NCBI RefSeq assembly: GCF_001194135.2
Contig: NC_068984.1
Coordinates: forward strand, 72,861,533-72,925,532
Direction: 5' to 3'
DNA length: 64,000 nt
From: Octopus bimaculoides
Lineage: Eukaryota
A program made the position numbers and the translations under genes. This document shows, piece by piece, positions 1 through 12,859 of this stretch. Positions within the stretch are counted from its first letter, which is position 1. Each line of letters begins with the position of its first letter. The notes under the pieces were generated by a model. It was not told the DNA's origin. It was given only the letters and a program-made list of their open reading frames with translations, and ran no database searches.

Positions 1-97
1 GCCACCACAGTACGATGCCTTCTGTTCATAATTATATATCCATGAAAGAGATTTGAATTTATCCGGTTGTATCTCAGTAACATGTGGTTATACAGAA
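1..97. repeat. Dispersed direct repeat, second copy at about 14012-14108
   Basis: gccaccacagtacgatgccttctgttcataattatatatccatgaaagagatttgaatttatccggttgtatctcagtaacatgtg matches 14012-14108 with only a few substitutions; cut by the window start. Confidence 0.9.
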
Positions 98-172
98 TAA
101 TATTCAGCACTGAATATATTCTAATTATTTATAATATAATATAGGATAAATTCTTTATAAGAATTTATCAAA

Positions 173-209
<37 letters not shown>

Positions 210-499
210 TGAACATATACATATATATATGCATATATGGGTACAACATGTCGTCAACTGTAATCAACATGAAGTACGAAAACAAACGAGTTAAATACGC
301 AAACTATAGAAAAAAATGGAAAACAGGACAAGTAACACAAGGAAAGACCCAGTGTCAGTTGTCGGCTGCTATCTACTCTCCATTTCGAGCATTAAACAAC
401 ATATGCTACATAATAAACAGACAAATAAAAACACGAATTATAGGTGAAAACAAACAAACAGTACGCATTATATTGATGCTCATGATAATTGCAAGAAAT

Positions 500-1135
500 C
501 TGTAACGTTTCGAGCATACGAACAAACATGTTTCATTTCGGTCAACGCCTGCTGAAATGACCGGAGGAGGTAGTGAGCGTAGTGGATGGACATGTTTGTG
601 TGAGGAGAATTTGATGTGTCTGGAGGCTTAAGGACGTTAATGACAGAACATGTTCGGTTAAACGGAATAGAAGAGCAGAAGTCCTAGGCTGAGTATCAGT
701 ACGTAAATCAAGGAAATCTTTAAGGGCTATGATGGCCTCAGTATGAGGGATAACATGATAGACCATCTTGATGACGGAGGGGCCCCAGGAGAAAGCGTGA
801 ATGATTGGAAAAGATGAAGAGCGTGGTTGTTGTCATGAAACCGCTATGGGTGTGTATACAAGTTCGAGGTATTTAGAAATTAATTGATCAAGGCAATTAT
901 AGACAGAGACAGTAAAGCCGCCCAGGTTGTTGGGTTTATGTAACTCAGAAAGGAAGCAAACTGTATGGGGTGCTTTGGCTCCGCACAATGAGGTTGGTTT
1001 GGAGTTAGTGCTGGATAGGAGGAAAGAGAAAATAAGTTCTTGGATAGTGGAAGAAAAGATTTTTGCTCGTGAGGCGGGGGTTCGAACGGTAGAGGACGAT
1101 AGAAGGAGGCGTCTTATAGTTGGCAGAGTTTCTCA
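500..1135 (-). mobile_element. Penelope-like element (PLE) relic, RT N-terminal part joined by internal deletion to the GIY-YIG C-terminal end
   Basis: Minus-strand translation with frameshifts: LHKPNNLGGFTVSVYNC..LISKYL, DNNHALHLFQSFTL, VIPHTEAIIALKDFLDLRTDTQPRTSALLFRLTEHVLSL (PLE RT motifs), then NSPHTNMSI (endonuclease-end-like); hammerhead 3' half gctcGAAAcgtt at 506-520. Confidence 0.8.
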
Positions 1136-1945
1136 GCCCTGTGAATATCTGCACGTCACACAGCCTAAGCTTGCACTTACATCTCTTTCGCTATTTCACT
1201 TCATATGTGTCTGTGTACACACACACACGTACACAAACACATGCACACCAGCCGCTTCTCAAACATACAGAAGCATAGACACACACACACATGTATCAAA
1301 GAGATGAGAGAGAAGAGGAAGGAGAGGGAGATGAGGAAGGGCGTTTTATTCTTTACGTATGACAATGAAAAGGAGTGAGAGAGATAGACAGATGAATATA
1401 AATAGATTTTCAAATGCTCGTATATCCACACTATTAAAGTATATTAGAAAAGAATCACATTTCCTGCTGAGGTTACATAGTGCATATAACATGCCTCTAA
1501 TCAAATGGAATATAAGTACAAAGAGGAGTGACATTTTATTATTTTACATACATACACACACATACATGCGCGCGCGGACACACACAGAAATGGAATGCAA
1601 TTTTAACGTATACGTATCCTGAATATACAGGAAAATTTGGCGGCAGATCGAAGAAGCTAGAGAAATATTTCATTTCCTTCTTCGGCCATTTTGGTGCATC
1701 AATCTTAAGCAAGTACAGATTCAAGACGTCTTATAGGTTTCTTCGAGGGAAAAAATGTAACTTAATAAAAACATTAAAGTGAAATGTGTTTTACTATATG
1801 TTTCCGTACATAAACAACATTTTTTACCTTTTATGCATCAGTAGTATATGTTAGTTACTAGCAATTTCTTTTTCTTACAGATTCAACAGATGTATGAATT
1901 ATTAGTTTGGTGCTCCGACAAAATACGAGAAGGCTTTCAAATAAG

Positions 1946-1994
<49 letters not shown>

Positions 1995-2936
1995 GTATCG
2001 ATCGATCGATCGATCAATCGATATGTCAGTTTGTTTGTCTTTTTGTCTATAAGCAAAGGATCCATTATAGGTAGCAAACAAATGCTGCAAAGAAAAGTAA
2101 ACGTATGCGTGCAAATGAATCTGCCGAGGACGCCGCCAGGAGGAACACTCTCAATATACTTAGGATGGCTTTAGTGAAAAGAAGGGAAACGGAAGAGCAG
2201 CGTTGTGATCGGTTAGCACGTATTACTGCGCAACGAGCCGCCCAGAGCAATGAGCAACGTTCAGCACGCCGAACAAGAAATGCTTCCCCTACTGCTGCTG
2301 CACGAACTTCAGAGACTGCAGCACAACGCACAGTTCGACTTCCAAGAGATACTGCAACAACTGCTGCTGCGCGCGCTACGGAGACTACAGGGATAAGAAA
2401 ACAACACTGGAGGCTACAACTCAGAGCCGCACGACGTTCCTACTTAAGGCCAGGCTCCTCATATTGATCAACGACAGCATTCAACTACGATCCTACAATT
2501 GACTACAGTAATCACCCTGACGTTCAAATAGGCCGCATGTCCACAATCTGCCAATTTTGCGGAGCTAAAAATGGGCCTGCAGAAACTCTCGGCATGTGCT
2601 GCTTCAACGGTAAGATTACAGTACCTCTTCAGCAAATTCCTCCACTCCTTTTGACTAAAATTTTGACAGGGGTGTCTCCTTATTCTTATGACTTTCTCAA
2701 GTAGATACCTGCCTACAACTGAACATTCCAAATGACATCCTTCGGCGCCAACATCATACAAGATGGGCATTTCATGCCTTCCTTTAAAGTACAGAGGCAG
2801 ATTTACCATAGAATTGGTTCTCTGCAGCCGTATGACGCTGCCTGGCCTCAGTTTCTGCAGCTCTACTTCGTGGGAGACTATGCTGGCCGGGCATACTTAA
2901 CAAACAGCCTCGGGCAACGCCGGGTATGCCAGCTAG
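1946..2936 (+). mobile_element. Internally deleted Helitron (N-terminal RepHel remnant plus 3' hairpin and CTAG terminus)
   Basis: (TCTA)n start; Arg/Ala-rich ORF 2105-2467; then AFNYDPTIDYSNHPDVQIGRMSTICQFCGAK..GMCCFNGKI..FQMTSFGA..FMPSFKVQRQIYHRIGSL..PQFLQLYFVGD with stops; terminal cgggcaacgccggg hairpin then CTAG at 2933-2936 followed by T. Confidence 0.88.
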
Positions 2937-4178
2937 TTTCCAAAAAAAATTATACAATGTGGTCTTGAAAAGTGTTCAGATTTAAGGATATCTCTAAAGG
3001 CCTGGATGGAGGCCCAAACTTCCCAGCTCTTTTACAGGAGTCAGTAAAACGGAAGGATCGCTGCAATAAGTGTATGAATCTGAGAGGGGTATATGTTGTA
3101 ATCATAATTAAATGATCTTTCTGTAATTTGCTTTTACCAAAGCCCGGAACTTTTCAGCACCCACTTATATGTATGTATGTATGTATATACATATACATAT
3201 ATATACATGCACATATATANNNNNNNNNNNNNNNNNNNNNNNNNNNNNNNNNNNNNNNNNNNNNNNNNNNNNNNNNNNNNNNNNNNNNNNNNNNNNNNNN
3301 NNNNNNNNNNNNNNNNNNNNNNNNNNNNNNNNNNNNNNNNNNNNNNNNNNNNNNNNNNNNNNNNNNNNNNNNNNNNNNNNNNNNNNNNNNNNNNNNNNNN
3401 NNNNNNNNNNNNNNNNNNNNNNNNNNNNNNNNNNNNNNNNNNNNNNNNNNNNNNNNNNNNNNNNNNNNNNNNNNNNNNNNNNNNNNNNNNNNNNNNNNNN
3501 NNNNNNNNNNNNNNNNNNNNNNNNNNNNNNNNNNNNNNNNNNNNNNNNNNNNNNNNNNNNNNNNNNNNNNNNNNNNNNNNNNNNNNNNNNNNNNNNNNNN
3601 NNNNNNNNNNNNNNNNNNNNNNNNNNNNNNNNNNNNNNNNNNNNNNNNNNNNNNNNNNNNNNNNNNNNNNNNNNNNNNNNNNNNNNNNNNNNNNNNNNNN
3701 NNNNNNNNNNNNNNNNNNNNNNNNNNNNNNNNNNNNNNNNNNNNNNNNNNNNNNNNNNNNNNNNNNNNNNNNNNNNNNNNNNNNNNNNNNNNNNNNNNNN
3801 NNNNNNNNNNNNNNNNNNNNNNNNNNNNNNNNNNNNNNNNNNNNNNNNNNNNNNNNNNNNNNNNNNNNNNNNNNNNNNNNNNNNNNNNNNNNNNNNNNNN
3901 NNNNNNNNNNNNNNNNNNNNNNNNNNNNNNNNNNNNNNNNNNNNNNNNNNNNNNNNNNNNNNNNNNNNNNNNNNNNNNNNNNNNNNNNNNNNNNNNNNNN
4001 NNNNNNNNNNNNNNNNNNNNNNNNNNNNNNNNNNNNNNNNNNNNNNNNNNNNNNNNNNNNNNNNNNNNNNNNNNNNNNNNNNNNNNNNNNNNNNNNNNNN
4101 NNNNNNNNNNNNNNNNNNNNNNNNNNNNNNNNNNNNNNNNNNNNNNNNNNNNNNNNNNNNNNNNNNNNNNNNNNNNNN

Positions 4179-4228
<50 letters not shown>

Positions 4229-5289
4229 GCATGTGTGTGTCTGTGTTGAGGAGACGTGTTTTACTGACCTAAACATTTTATGTTATAATATTTACAACTG
4301 CTAGTTACACGATATGTATGAATGAAGAAATAATTCCGAAAAATAAGTGGAGTATAAGTCTAAGTAGTAACAGGAATGATTTTTCGTTGATGTCGAACGA
4401 TGAAAACAGAATCATAATTTGAAAGACTTGGAAAGATTTGGAACATATATAGCTTCCAGCTGTAACAAACAAAAGTGCCCACAACACATGTGAATTTGAA
4501 TCTATTTCATTAACTTTATCCAGAAATTCTCAAATGTTCTGGTGGAAAATTAAACTTTTCCTTAAGGCTAGTTCGTCTGACACTTGCTGACGTCACAAAT
4601 ACTTGGCAAAATATTGCAAAATATAGTATTGCTCTTTGTCGTCCAGAACCATCTTCAGCTTATTTATTGAATTATAGTAATGCTTCCAGTCAACAATACG
4701 GTATTGTTATTCCAAATATTCAGTTTCCAATCTCTAAGATAGGTGACCATACAATAGAAAGGGTGTTTATAGTAAGACAAACGAATAAAATTTTGAACAA
4801 ATGTATGTTTAACGCCAAGGTTTCAATGAAAGGGATAACATAATCCAATCAATATATACTATGGAAGACTATCACCAACGATCGCATAGTGTGACTGCAT
4901 GTCATCGTCAAGGGAACAAACTAGATGAAAGATAACAAGCGTGAAGAGGCAGAGATCAGACGTCGAAGACGCGAAGACCAACTCGCACTTCCTCGCTCCC
5001 CTGCGATGAATGACCCCGGCTCTTTAACACCATCCTTGACCTGACCACCTCTTCAGGCCCCGGCATCTATCAGGGTGAAGAGTCTGAATCACTCGCTACA
5101 GATTATTTACTCGAATACGAGCTAATGTCAACGAGACGACAATGTTGTATGAACTTCATAAAGAACAGAATATTAGACAGTTCAATGCAGTTCATAAATT
5201 TGAAATATATAATTGTATAAAATAGCTGTTTACAGAAACTGCAAAGGTTTCTGATTTATACACAAAGCCATCAGTTTGTGAGGAGGGAA

Positions 5290-5915
5290 GTAGTCACTGT
5301 CACTAGCCTGTATTTGAATGTTAGTATTTATGTCTTCAACACACAAACACAAACATACATATATTAATATTTATTCTGGTTAAGTATATAGAAGCTAGTG
5401 TTCCAAATTCCTTTCCACTGAAATGTAGAAAATCCCTTATAAATGTATGTCTATCAAAACACATAGAGTCGTTTAAGCGTAAGAAGGAACTTCCACACGA
5501 TTAATGGATCTGCTAGAAATAATCAAATTATACTCTATTATTTTGACGAAGACAAAGAAAACTTTGGCAGTTGAGTTTCTGAATATTGCGATTCTGCAGT
5601 AAATGTGGAGCAATTAAGGATACCGTTATCTGCTTCAAGTTAATTGCAGAATGGTTTTCCCCATGTAAATCCCAAAGTAAAGCAGTGGATTGTACAGAAT
5701 ATTTGGTACATACACATGCACACAGGTATAAACAAAAGGTTTTACATTAGGGAAACTGAAATAGGGAGTATTATCATTTAAATCCGTAACCTCATCACAT
5801 AAGGAGGGAAGCACATCCGTTTTAGTGGTCGATCTAATATACTGCCTTATTGAACACCGGCACCTAATCATCATGTGCCCTTTGTAGAGGTCTATCTGTT
5901 GCAAGTATTAGAACT
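5290..5915 (-). pseudogene. Possible decayed cadherin-repeat (protocadherin-like) coding fragment
   Basis: Minus strand motifs: PSLCDEVTDLNDNTPYFSFPNVKPF (DxNDNxPxF), PVFNKAVY, ADNGILNCS, SRSINRVEVPSYA, VEDINTN..ASDSD, spread over several frames with stops. Confidence 0.4.
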
Positions 5916-5981
5916 GGATCCCACTTACAGCATGTGAAATGTTTTGTTCAAGCAACTTGCGTATCGGTATCGTCGGCGATA

Positions 5982-6029
<48 letters not shown>

Positions 6030-7817
6030 TCGCAAAGGTCATTGACATTTCTTTTTCTCGTTGTCAAACGTGAATGGCGTATTCTCCGCATAGTCATATT
6101 TTAACGTGAGGACTCATACTTAGTATGAAATTTTACGTACTGCTTTGATTACTCAAGAATAATCCTCTATTACAACTTTACATCTATAAGTCTACCAAAT
6201 CATGTCTTATAAGTTCTTCAAAGCTATGAAAGATAAGCACTTGTCTACAAATGTGAGAAAGTTTCCACGTCAACGATGTTCTTCAAGAGATACAAAAGAA
6301 CCGACACGGTTAGGCAGAAATGTCATGGAAAAAGATATAGCCAGAACGCGAAAACCAGATCCAAAAGGCATGCCATCCAAAACTTTTACAATTCACACTA
6401 TTCTTTACTCCGGACTGGTACTTCAGTTATCGACCTGGAAAGTGATATTGATTTCTGAGGGTCTTTAACTCAGAATGCAAGGAACCAGTGCATAAGGCAA
6501 TATATATCTGAGAAACTAATTGCTCATAAATTTTGACTCAAAGTACAGCATTTCTTTTACTCAATGTGCTTAGGTTATTCTGAAGACTATAAGTATACAT
6601 TCCTTACAATTTGTAAGCCTTTCATTGTGCATTGTATTTTTGAGGATTAACGTAAGACTGAATCACTGAATGGATAATATATATTTATACAGAACAAAGG
6701 GAATTTAGATACAAAGGATACATGAAAGAGAATTCCTAATTCAAGTGGGGATGTATACTTTCTCCTTTTCTTTTACTATTTGTTTCTCCTTTTACTCCAT
6801 TTCATTATTTCACACTTTACCAATTTCCAGTTTTACATTCTACTCTTATTTGCATGAGATTTTTCATTCAATCAAAATATATCAAACAGAATTCCTAATA
6901 CGATTGTTCCATTGTTCCACGTGTAGCGGTGTTTGGTTGGATGGATGATGGTATGTTATTTTAATACAACATTTCGTGTTTGTCGAAGTGAGCGGCATGG
7001 ATCATGGAGAACATAACACGTTTCGAAAGCCTTGTAAAGTGTGACAATAAGATCTAAAGTTGTCGACCACATGGGAAGATATATATTAGTTTCAGGGCGA
7101 AAAGTGTGAGATAGGTAGATGGATTGAGAGATTGATAACTGTAGAAAGCAAAGTGGGAGATTTTTTGTTCTGTATGTGCCATTCGTGCTGTTTAGATACA
7201 CGGCAACTAATGATCAAAGAACAAAAAAAATCATAAATGCTCTTGAGAGACAAAAAACACAAAATCGTGAGAAGTGAAGATACTAGCATGCTGCTCTTAT
7301 TTCGTATAGGCACACAGTAAATTCAGATATGTTAAGACTTGTGCCCATGGTCATTAGCGTCGGAAGAAATTCATAGGATTTGTAAATGAAACCACATGGT
7401 CAGGTCTTTCTTTAATTTAGGAGTAAATACAACAGCCATCGAGATGTTTGGTCTCTCCTGCAGTCATGATAAAGCTGATGAAATAGAATGTGTTGCAATT
7501 TAGGTGTCTTCTGAAGCGTATTACTGCTATACGTGTTGAAAAATATTTTGAGCTCGTAAAAGTCAGGAGCACGTGTCACAAGAAAATGCAATCAGCGCTG
7601 CTTCGCTTCGGGGTCATTTGATAAATTACAAAATAATTTGTATTTTATTATTTTTTTTAGGAATAAATGAGCATTGTATGCAGTGGTGTTCATGTAACTT
7701 CTAAGAAGATTGAATGTGCTAGTGTATGTTAATAGAAATATTTTTTAGTTGAATAGGATCAGAATTATGTCATATACATACATACATACACACACAAATA
7801 GACGCATACATATATAG

Positions 7818-7858
<41 letters not shown>

Positions 7859-7917
7859 ACTAATTAATAGGGTGGACCATTACCAACCAGAACCCAATGA
7901 CAAAAACAAATATAGGC

Positions 7918-8433
7918 CAGCACCGTTTATGCTAAAATAAGAGTTAAATTAACTCTAAAACCACAAGTCATTCTAACTCAATGATTGACAAAGAGAAGTT
8001 AGATCCTATTGTTTGAAGCCGGACCACTATTTCGAATCTTGGTGTTGACACCTTAATTCTCATCAGAAGCTTTTAACGCCTAGGGTTAAACTAACCTTTC
8101 TTTATCAATTATATAAGAAAGACCTTTTAAATCATATGATGATTTTCCAAACGGTGAAAGTGCAGACAACTAAGAAAAAGGGTAGCCTATTAGCAATCAG
8201 AACCCAAGGAAAATCAGCTTATGATTTAAACGGTCTTTCTTATATGATTGATAGAGAAAGCTGAGTTTAAACCAGGACGTTAAAAACCACTGATGAGAAT
8301 TAAGGTGTCACCACTAAGATTCGAAATCATAATCCGGCTACATACGATAAGGACTTACCTCCCTTTGACAATCATTGATTTAAAATTATTTGTGGCATTA
8401 GAGTGAACTATTATTTTAGCATAAACGGTGCTG
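7918..8433. mobile_element. Foldback element: about 230-bp inverted arms, each with a hammerhead-like core, pointing outward
   Basis: cagcaccgtttatgctaaaataa (7918-7940) / ttattttagcataaacggtgctg (8411-8433); ttcgaatcttggtgttgacaccttaattctcatcag / ctgatgagaattaaggtgtcaccactaagattcgaa; arms about 7918-8148 and 8208-8433. Confidence 0.9.
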
Positions 8434-8447
8434 ACTAGCACCCTCCG

Positions 8448-8564
<117 letters not shown>

Positions 8565-8565
8565 T

Positions 8566-8596
<31 letters not shown>

Positions 8597-9149
8597 CACA
8601 CAGTAAAATTTAATATAAGCAACTTGGCGCAATGTACGCGTAATACCGTAAGGGAAAAAGAATAATTGTCACTAAGAGTGCTTAAGGGTGCCGAAATGCC
8701 TAATTGTTACTCTTATATATTTACAAAACACACGCACGCACGCACACACAACACGCACGCACACACAAACACACACACATTCACACACATACACACACAT
8801 TCACACACGGACACACATATGTACATTCGTATATACATACATGCATACGTGTGTATGTATATGTATGTGAACAACACATTTGTTTACTTCAAAGTCAGTA
8901 ACAATATAATGGAAGTGAAATGAACTACATCATGGTTCAATACTAAGTGGTAAGTAGCTCAACACTATTTTACGGTTCTTGCATTGTTGTCTCATATGTA
9001 ATCCCAGGACCTGCAAAAGGAGGAGATAAAGAAAAACTGTCTGACGTGTTCCTAGAAACTCTCGCGTTGTACGGTTGTCTGTCTGTCACTCTGTCTGTCT
9101 GTCTCTCTCACTCTCTCTTACTCTCTTTTCTTCACACACACACGCACAC

Positions 9150-9300
9150 ACATATACAACGCGAGGACGTGGTGCAAGTACTGTGTTATTGGACGCTCAG
9201 GAAAGGAAAGAAAAGGAAGAGAATCTCATGTTTCGAGCGGAGCTCTTCATCAGAAATATAGAAAAAATCCAAAGGGAAGACAGAGAAAGAAATCGCCAAC
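9150..9300 (-). mobile_element. PLE-type terminal repeat with degenerate minimal hammerhead (same family as 26520-26700)
   Basis: Reverse complement tttCTGATGAagagctccgctcGAAAcatga, followed by ctttcctttcctgagcgtc..ctcgcgttg as in 26590-26655. Confidence 0.75.
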
Positions 9301-9845
9301 GATACATACGTGGTCACACACACACACACACATACACACACACACACACCCATACACACACAAACACATACACACACATGTGTGTGTGTATATATATATA
9401 TATGAATTTCCTTGAAGAGAAGATTACATTTTTAACATCACCGATTCCTATGGAAGTATAATTTGTAATCTTCGAAACATATGTTGGAAATAAAAGTATG
9501 CAGTTAACATATGCGTTTTACTCCATTCACTAAATTTATATATATATATATATATANNNNNNNNNNNNNNNNNNNNNNNNNNNNNNNNNNNNNNNNNNNN
9601 NNNNNNNNNNNNNNNNNNNNNNNNNNNNNNNNNNNNNNNNNNNNNNNNNNNNNNNNNNNNNNNNNNNNNNNNNNNNNNNNNNNNNNNNNNNNNNNNNNNN
9701 NNNNNNNNNNNNNNNNNNNNNNNNNNNNNNNNNNNNNNNNNNNNNNNNNNNNNNNNNNNNNNNNNNNNNNNNNNNNNNNNNNNNNNNNNNNNNNNNNNNN
9801 NNNNNNNNNNNNNNNNNNNNNNNNNNNNNNNNNNNNNNNNNNNNN

Positions 9846-9930
9846 CTTGGGTAAATGTCTTCTAAATAGAGTCAGGCCTAACACAGAATTGTGAGTCAAT
9901 TTGGTAGATAATAACTGAAAGAAGCCCGTC
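9846..9930 (+). mobile_element. tRNA-derived SINE family A, partial (5' part lost in gap)
   Basis: cttgggtaaatgtcttct..ttggtagataataactgaaagaagcccgtc matches the family A body at 17237-17320. Confidence 0.8.
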
Positions 9931-9965
9931 TTATATATGTGAGTGCGTTCGAGTGTGTGAGCGTC

Positions 9966-10025
<60 letters not shown>

Positions 10026-10698
10026 AATATATATATATATACATATATACATATATACATACATATATACAGACACATATCAGAATCTGTCTGTCTACGA
10101 TCTATCTATCTATCTATCTATCAATCTATATTTATCGATCCATACGTGTGTGTATGTGTTTGTTTCTTTGTGTGTGTGCGTATTACTCAAAATCGCACAA
10201 ACCAGAATCAAACAGAAATTCTTCAAGAACTAAAGAAGCCAACATTTTACTTGATAACGTTTGAGCAACGGAGTCAGAAACGCGCGCGCGCACACACACG
10301 CACACACACACACGCACACACACACATGCACACACACACACACACACACGCACACAAACACACACACCTACATATTCGTATGAAAAATATTTGTTATTTC
10401 AGTTAATTTACACAAATCTAGCTCTGGAATTGACAAATCTGTCTCAATATAGTAAGGTGGTGTTCATTAAATAACTTTATTATCAAGTGTTTCGTAACGA
10501 TTTATTAATAAAAATTATATATACAAGATTATTCATCCGTCTATTTTTACCATTGTAAATATTAGCTCTATAGTAAAGTTTATGACATTATGAAATGAAA
10601 AAAATGATGTTTCAAGTGTTTGCTTAAATAGAAACATAGAAACATTGAAGGAAAGCAGTAAGCAGTAATCAGTCAGGAGAGCAAAAATATAAGCGATT

Positions 10699-10700
<2 letters not shown>

Positions 10701-10764
<64 letters not shown>

Positions 10765-10810
10765 CCTCTCTCTATCTATCTATCTATCTAGCTAGCTAGC
10801 TAGATAGCAA
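10701..10810. repeat. (CT)n/(CTAT)n/(CTAG)n compound microsatellite
   Basis: Direct reading. Confidence 0.95.
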
Positions 10811-10872
10811 GCTAACAAGCTATACATATATACATACATGTATATGTATATTTAGATAGAGATGTATATGTA

Positions 10873-10903
<31 letters not shown>

Positions 10904-11781
10904 GGACATACATAGGTACACACACATACGCGCGGGCGCACACACGCACACACGCACACATATATATATTTGGTTATTTATATACGAGTATGTATGTGTG
11001 GAATCACCTATCATCTGTTGTTCCAATACTGTTCTAACCATTCGTTTCGTTTGTGTTTTTCGATTCGATTTTTGGCTACGATTTCTTTCTTCCTCTTTTC
11101 AGAAAAAAATTTCTTTCCCCTCTGTATACTGACACCTGCCCTGGATTAGCTAGCATATGTTACGAAAGTCTATCTGAGCACCGTGGCACAGCAATAACCT
11201 TGCTTTGTTTCAGAATATTCAGGGCTATTGCCAGATTGTTCTTCGAGAAGACGGGCAATCTGATGTAAAACCTGAGCTTTCACATAGTTACTACTTCATC
11301 TTCTCACTAAATGCTAGTCATAGAGACTCAGAGAGTGGCACTCGTTTTATTCAAACATTTATCACTACCATCCTACGACATACACATATATCATTACAGT
11401 GACTTCAGTTGTGATTTCATGAAGTGAGATTCTTGTGATAATAGCAAAAATGTGGTGATTTGTGCAGTCCTAACCAGTTGCTACAACATTTGTCCGTCAT
11501 CTATGTTTCAAACCATACAGATGTGCAATGGAACTACATAATCATCTCCGACATCATGAACAGAAAGTCAGAAATGGCACTGACCAGAAGGTAACAAATC
11601 TGTGAAGAAGGTGTAGTCACAATGTACATATACGTACATACGTGCACAGACACACGAAAACACACGCACACACATACACACAAACGAAAACACACACACA
11701 CTTGTGCGAGATTACGACGCCGTCTAGCGAGAAAGGCGTAGACCACTACACATAAATAGTAGCGGTCTGAGTAAGTGAGGT

Positions 11782-12680
11782 AGTTCGTGCTAGTTCCAAC
11801 TCTTGTGAAATCCTTTTTGATTGGTTAATTTCTTGAATTGTTGCACCCTGTGTTAAATTATTATTGTGTTTAACTGTTCTGTGTCTAACGACACATTGTT
11901 TTGCTGCTTGCGGCGACTTGTTTGACGCTTTTCCTCTTCTTTGAAAGGGGAAGCGTGGTGATGAAGGCGAGATATGGAAGTGTTGGCTCCTTAGACAACG
12001 AAAAGTCTGAGGAGGAATTGTTAAAAATCTGAAATTGATAGATGAGGCGATCGAAGTGAAGAACTTTGCTGAAAAGGAGCGAAAAGACGTAAAAGTGCCC
12101 CCTCCCAGCGAGACAACGAATGACATGAAAAGAAAAATTGTACTGTACAAAACTTACAGTTTCAACTTACTAGGAATAGAGGTCACAACCAAATCACAAG
12201 CTGAAAGGGTATCGAGACAATATGGAATGAGATAAATTACCTCACCAGAGGAAGGACATATGTAACGGTGGAGGTGCTGTTTGTGTCGGAGGCTGTGGTC
12301 AGGCCGCATGACGTGACTACCCTCAACACGGACTAGGTGGTCCTTCTGGCCATATACCTGGAAAGGCGCGCTTCTAGGGTAATGGTAGAGGAGATACCTC
12401 ATTAGGTGGTTCTAGCCTGGCTGGTAGCCGCGACCCTGTTGGGAATGGAGGACAAGGTTGTTGTCCTCTAGGCCAAAAAAGTGTCACCAAGGCATTGGCA
12501 AGGGCAGGGCATGGAAATGATAATCCAGGCCACCCTGAAGATTTGGTGGAACTCATCACAGTCGGGGAGGATGTAAGGCTGAGAGTCATGGTGGAAGACA
12601 GGGCGCTCCAATGCTTTAAATGTGGCCAAGAAGGTCATATAAAAGCAGAATGCCCTCATGGAAAGAGGAGGAGCGTTTGA
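11782..12680 (+). mobile_element. Gag/ORF1-like retroelement copy (zinc knuckle), disrupted
   Basis: T-rich leader, then KRKIVLYKTYSF..EINYLTRGRTYVTVEV..VVLLAIYLERRASRVMVEEIP..LRVMVEDRALQCFKCGQEGHIKAEC (intact CX2CX4HX4C at 12612-12653); stops and frameshifts. Confidence 0.85.
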
Positions 12681-12704
12681 AGGAGGAAGAGAACCCGGAG
12701 GATC

Positions 12705-12859
12705 AAAAGAAAGAGGAATGGAATAGCGCACACTGGAAGCACGTCTCCGAAGGTAAGTTGGGAGGAGCACCACCTCTGGTGTGTTTCTGGAGGCTATAGA
12801 GTAACACAAGGCCCTTTCCTCAGATCTAAAGCACATTTCCACTGTGTGGTTTATATATA
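12705..12859 (-). mobile_element. Second gag/ORF1-like copy, inverted, running into gap
   Basis: Minus strand VEMCFRSEERALCYSIASRNTPEVVLLPTYLRRRASSVR is homologous to VVLLPTYLGRKTSKIRV at 18570-18625. Confidence 0.8.

Noticed and set aside
2065-2809. Minus-strand ORFs 2065-2331 and 2468-2809
   Set aside because: Antisense shadows of the Helitron coding remnant
3128-4304. Long ORFs spanning N-runs (also at 12844, 16536, 20229, 23850, 25622, 26630, 39986, 46048, 50222, 57020, 61680, 63051)
   Set aside because: Open only because N codons are not stops; the flanks are (TA)n/(CA)n translations
5790-5880. piggyBac-like motif RCSIRQYIRS..SLCD
   Set aside because: No other transposase motifs, TIRs or TTAA context; the same frame continues into a cadherin-like DLNDNTPYF
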